Below, piece after piece: positions 62,666 to 64,000 of a DNA stretch of 64,000 bases (position 1 is the stretch's first letter; every line of letters begins with the position of its first letter). The position numbers and the translations under genes were made by a program. The stretch covers positions 226,920,001 to 226,984,000 of the forward strand of contig OZ024742.1 of NCBI GenBank assembly GCA_964016885.1. Reading direction: 5' to 3'. The notes beneath the pieces were generated by a model, which searched no databases, had not been told where the DNA came from, and saw only the letters and a program-made list of their open reading frames with translations. This stretch comes from Eledone cirrhosa. Its lineage: Eukaryota.

Positions 62666-63934
62666 TAGGGTGCGGAGGTTATTTGTTCACAAGATTACTG
62701 TCTAGGAAAAAATAACACAGTAGTTTTATTTGTTAAGATATATTTATCAAACTTGGGTTTGTTTGTCTTCATGACTTGTTCTTTCGATCTCACTCGATAA
62801 ACCCGCGATTGGCTTTGATGATGGCCTTCAAGGCGGCCTCGGAACTGGCTACAGGCCTTCGTCACTGTCTCCTGACTTAGGCCCCTAAAGGAACTTGTGA
62901 TCCTGGCCTTCAGATCGTCCTTCGTATTGCAGCTAGATCTGTTGGTGTCTCGTCCCACTGCGCACCTCACAAAGAAGTCAAGGGGGTTGCAGTCAGGCGA
63001 GCTGGGAGGCCAGATGTCAGGTGAAGTGTGGTCGACGAAGTTCTCTGACAGCCAGGCTTGGGTCTTTCGGCTGGTATGGCAGGGCGCTGAGTCTTGCTGC
63101 CACACATACGGCCTACCTGCAGCTACCTGGTCGATCCAGGGCTTTACTACTTCTCTCAGAACAGCTTGAGGCCCTCAGAGAAGAAGTGAGGTGGCATGAC
63201 GTCACCTTGATTGTTGACGACACCTAAGACCAATGTTGTCGCTGGAAACTTTGGATGAGAAAATATGGATGAGACAGCGAGCCACCTGTTGTTCTGGGAG
63301 TTGATCTTCTGGTCTTGGCAGAAGTTTTTCTCGTCGGAGAAAAACCACAGCATGTCTGGCTCCAGTGAGTCTTTCAACTTGTTCATCAGCTTCTTCGTGT
63401 GCTTCAGTTGCTTTTCTTGCATCGCCTTTGACAGAAATTGACCTTTCCTCATCTTGTATGAAACGTAGCAAATGTCTTCATGTACCACCAGCCTAATGAG
63501 CTTTTCATCCACGCCGTTTTCCCTTGCAATGGCACACATCGAGTTGCTAGGTTCATTGTTGATGATATTCTGAACTTCAGTGAAGAACTCGGGCGTTCTG
63601 AAGGCGTCAGATCGTCGATCATATGTTTTGCTCTCTGATGTTGCTTCGTAGTTGAATCCTGTATCTTCCAATTCCTTTCTGACCTTTTCCACCATTCTCC
63701 TGCTGACGCTGAGAAAGTCTGAAATTTCCTTATTTGTCCTCCTGGCTTGGATTCCAAGAACTCTGTGTCTCTTCCACAAATTTGGAGGTTCAAAATTATT
63801 CATAATCAATTATTCTGAAAATAAATACTGGAAATATAGTCAGTTTTTATGAAGACAAGAGTGACAACGGAAGTAAAAAAAATTTGCATAAAATTAGCAG
63901 TTGAAAATTGCAAACAAATATCGCCCACACCCTG
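62666..63934 (-). mobile_element. DD37D (maT) Tc1/mariner transposon, decayed
   Basis: FFSDEKNF; WQQD-(37 aa)-D ending SPDCNPLD; imperfect TIRs similar to CAGGGTGTGGGCGATATTTGTTTGCAA; TA at the right flank. Confidence 0.9.
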
Positions 63935-64000
63935 TATATATATATATATATATATACACCTTCTTCCAGCACAGTCATCCATAAATATATGTGGTAAAAG

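Overview
AT-rich eukaryotic intergenic/intronic DNA, dense in (TA)n/(TG)n microsatellites. The repeat content suggests a coleoid cephalopod such as Octopus (inference). No host protein-coding gene can be identified with confidence, and most ORF-track hits are microsatellite or antisense artefacts. The window is a transposon landscape: at least three RTE-clade non-LTR lineages (one near full-length decayed copy, one 2.4-kb open 5'-truncated copy, fragments with an extended 3' UTR, and a BovB-like element ending in three C2H2 fingers), a deleted Helitron, a mariner, a DD37D maT element, piggyBac- and Tc1-type MITEs, and many tRNA-SINEs. Most notable are: (i) a near-canonical type I hammerhead ribozyme and two degenerate ones in TA-flanked inserts, alongside a series of long fold-back palindromes (Penelope-like architecture); (ii) a PHD-type finger inserted inside the RT domain of the RTE elements; (iii) a 44-48 bp module from the RTE 5' UTR that recurs in SINEs and LINE 3' UTRs and is repeatedly expanded into tandem arrays with higher-order structure. 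All alignments and folds were made by eye.
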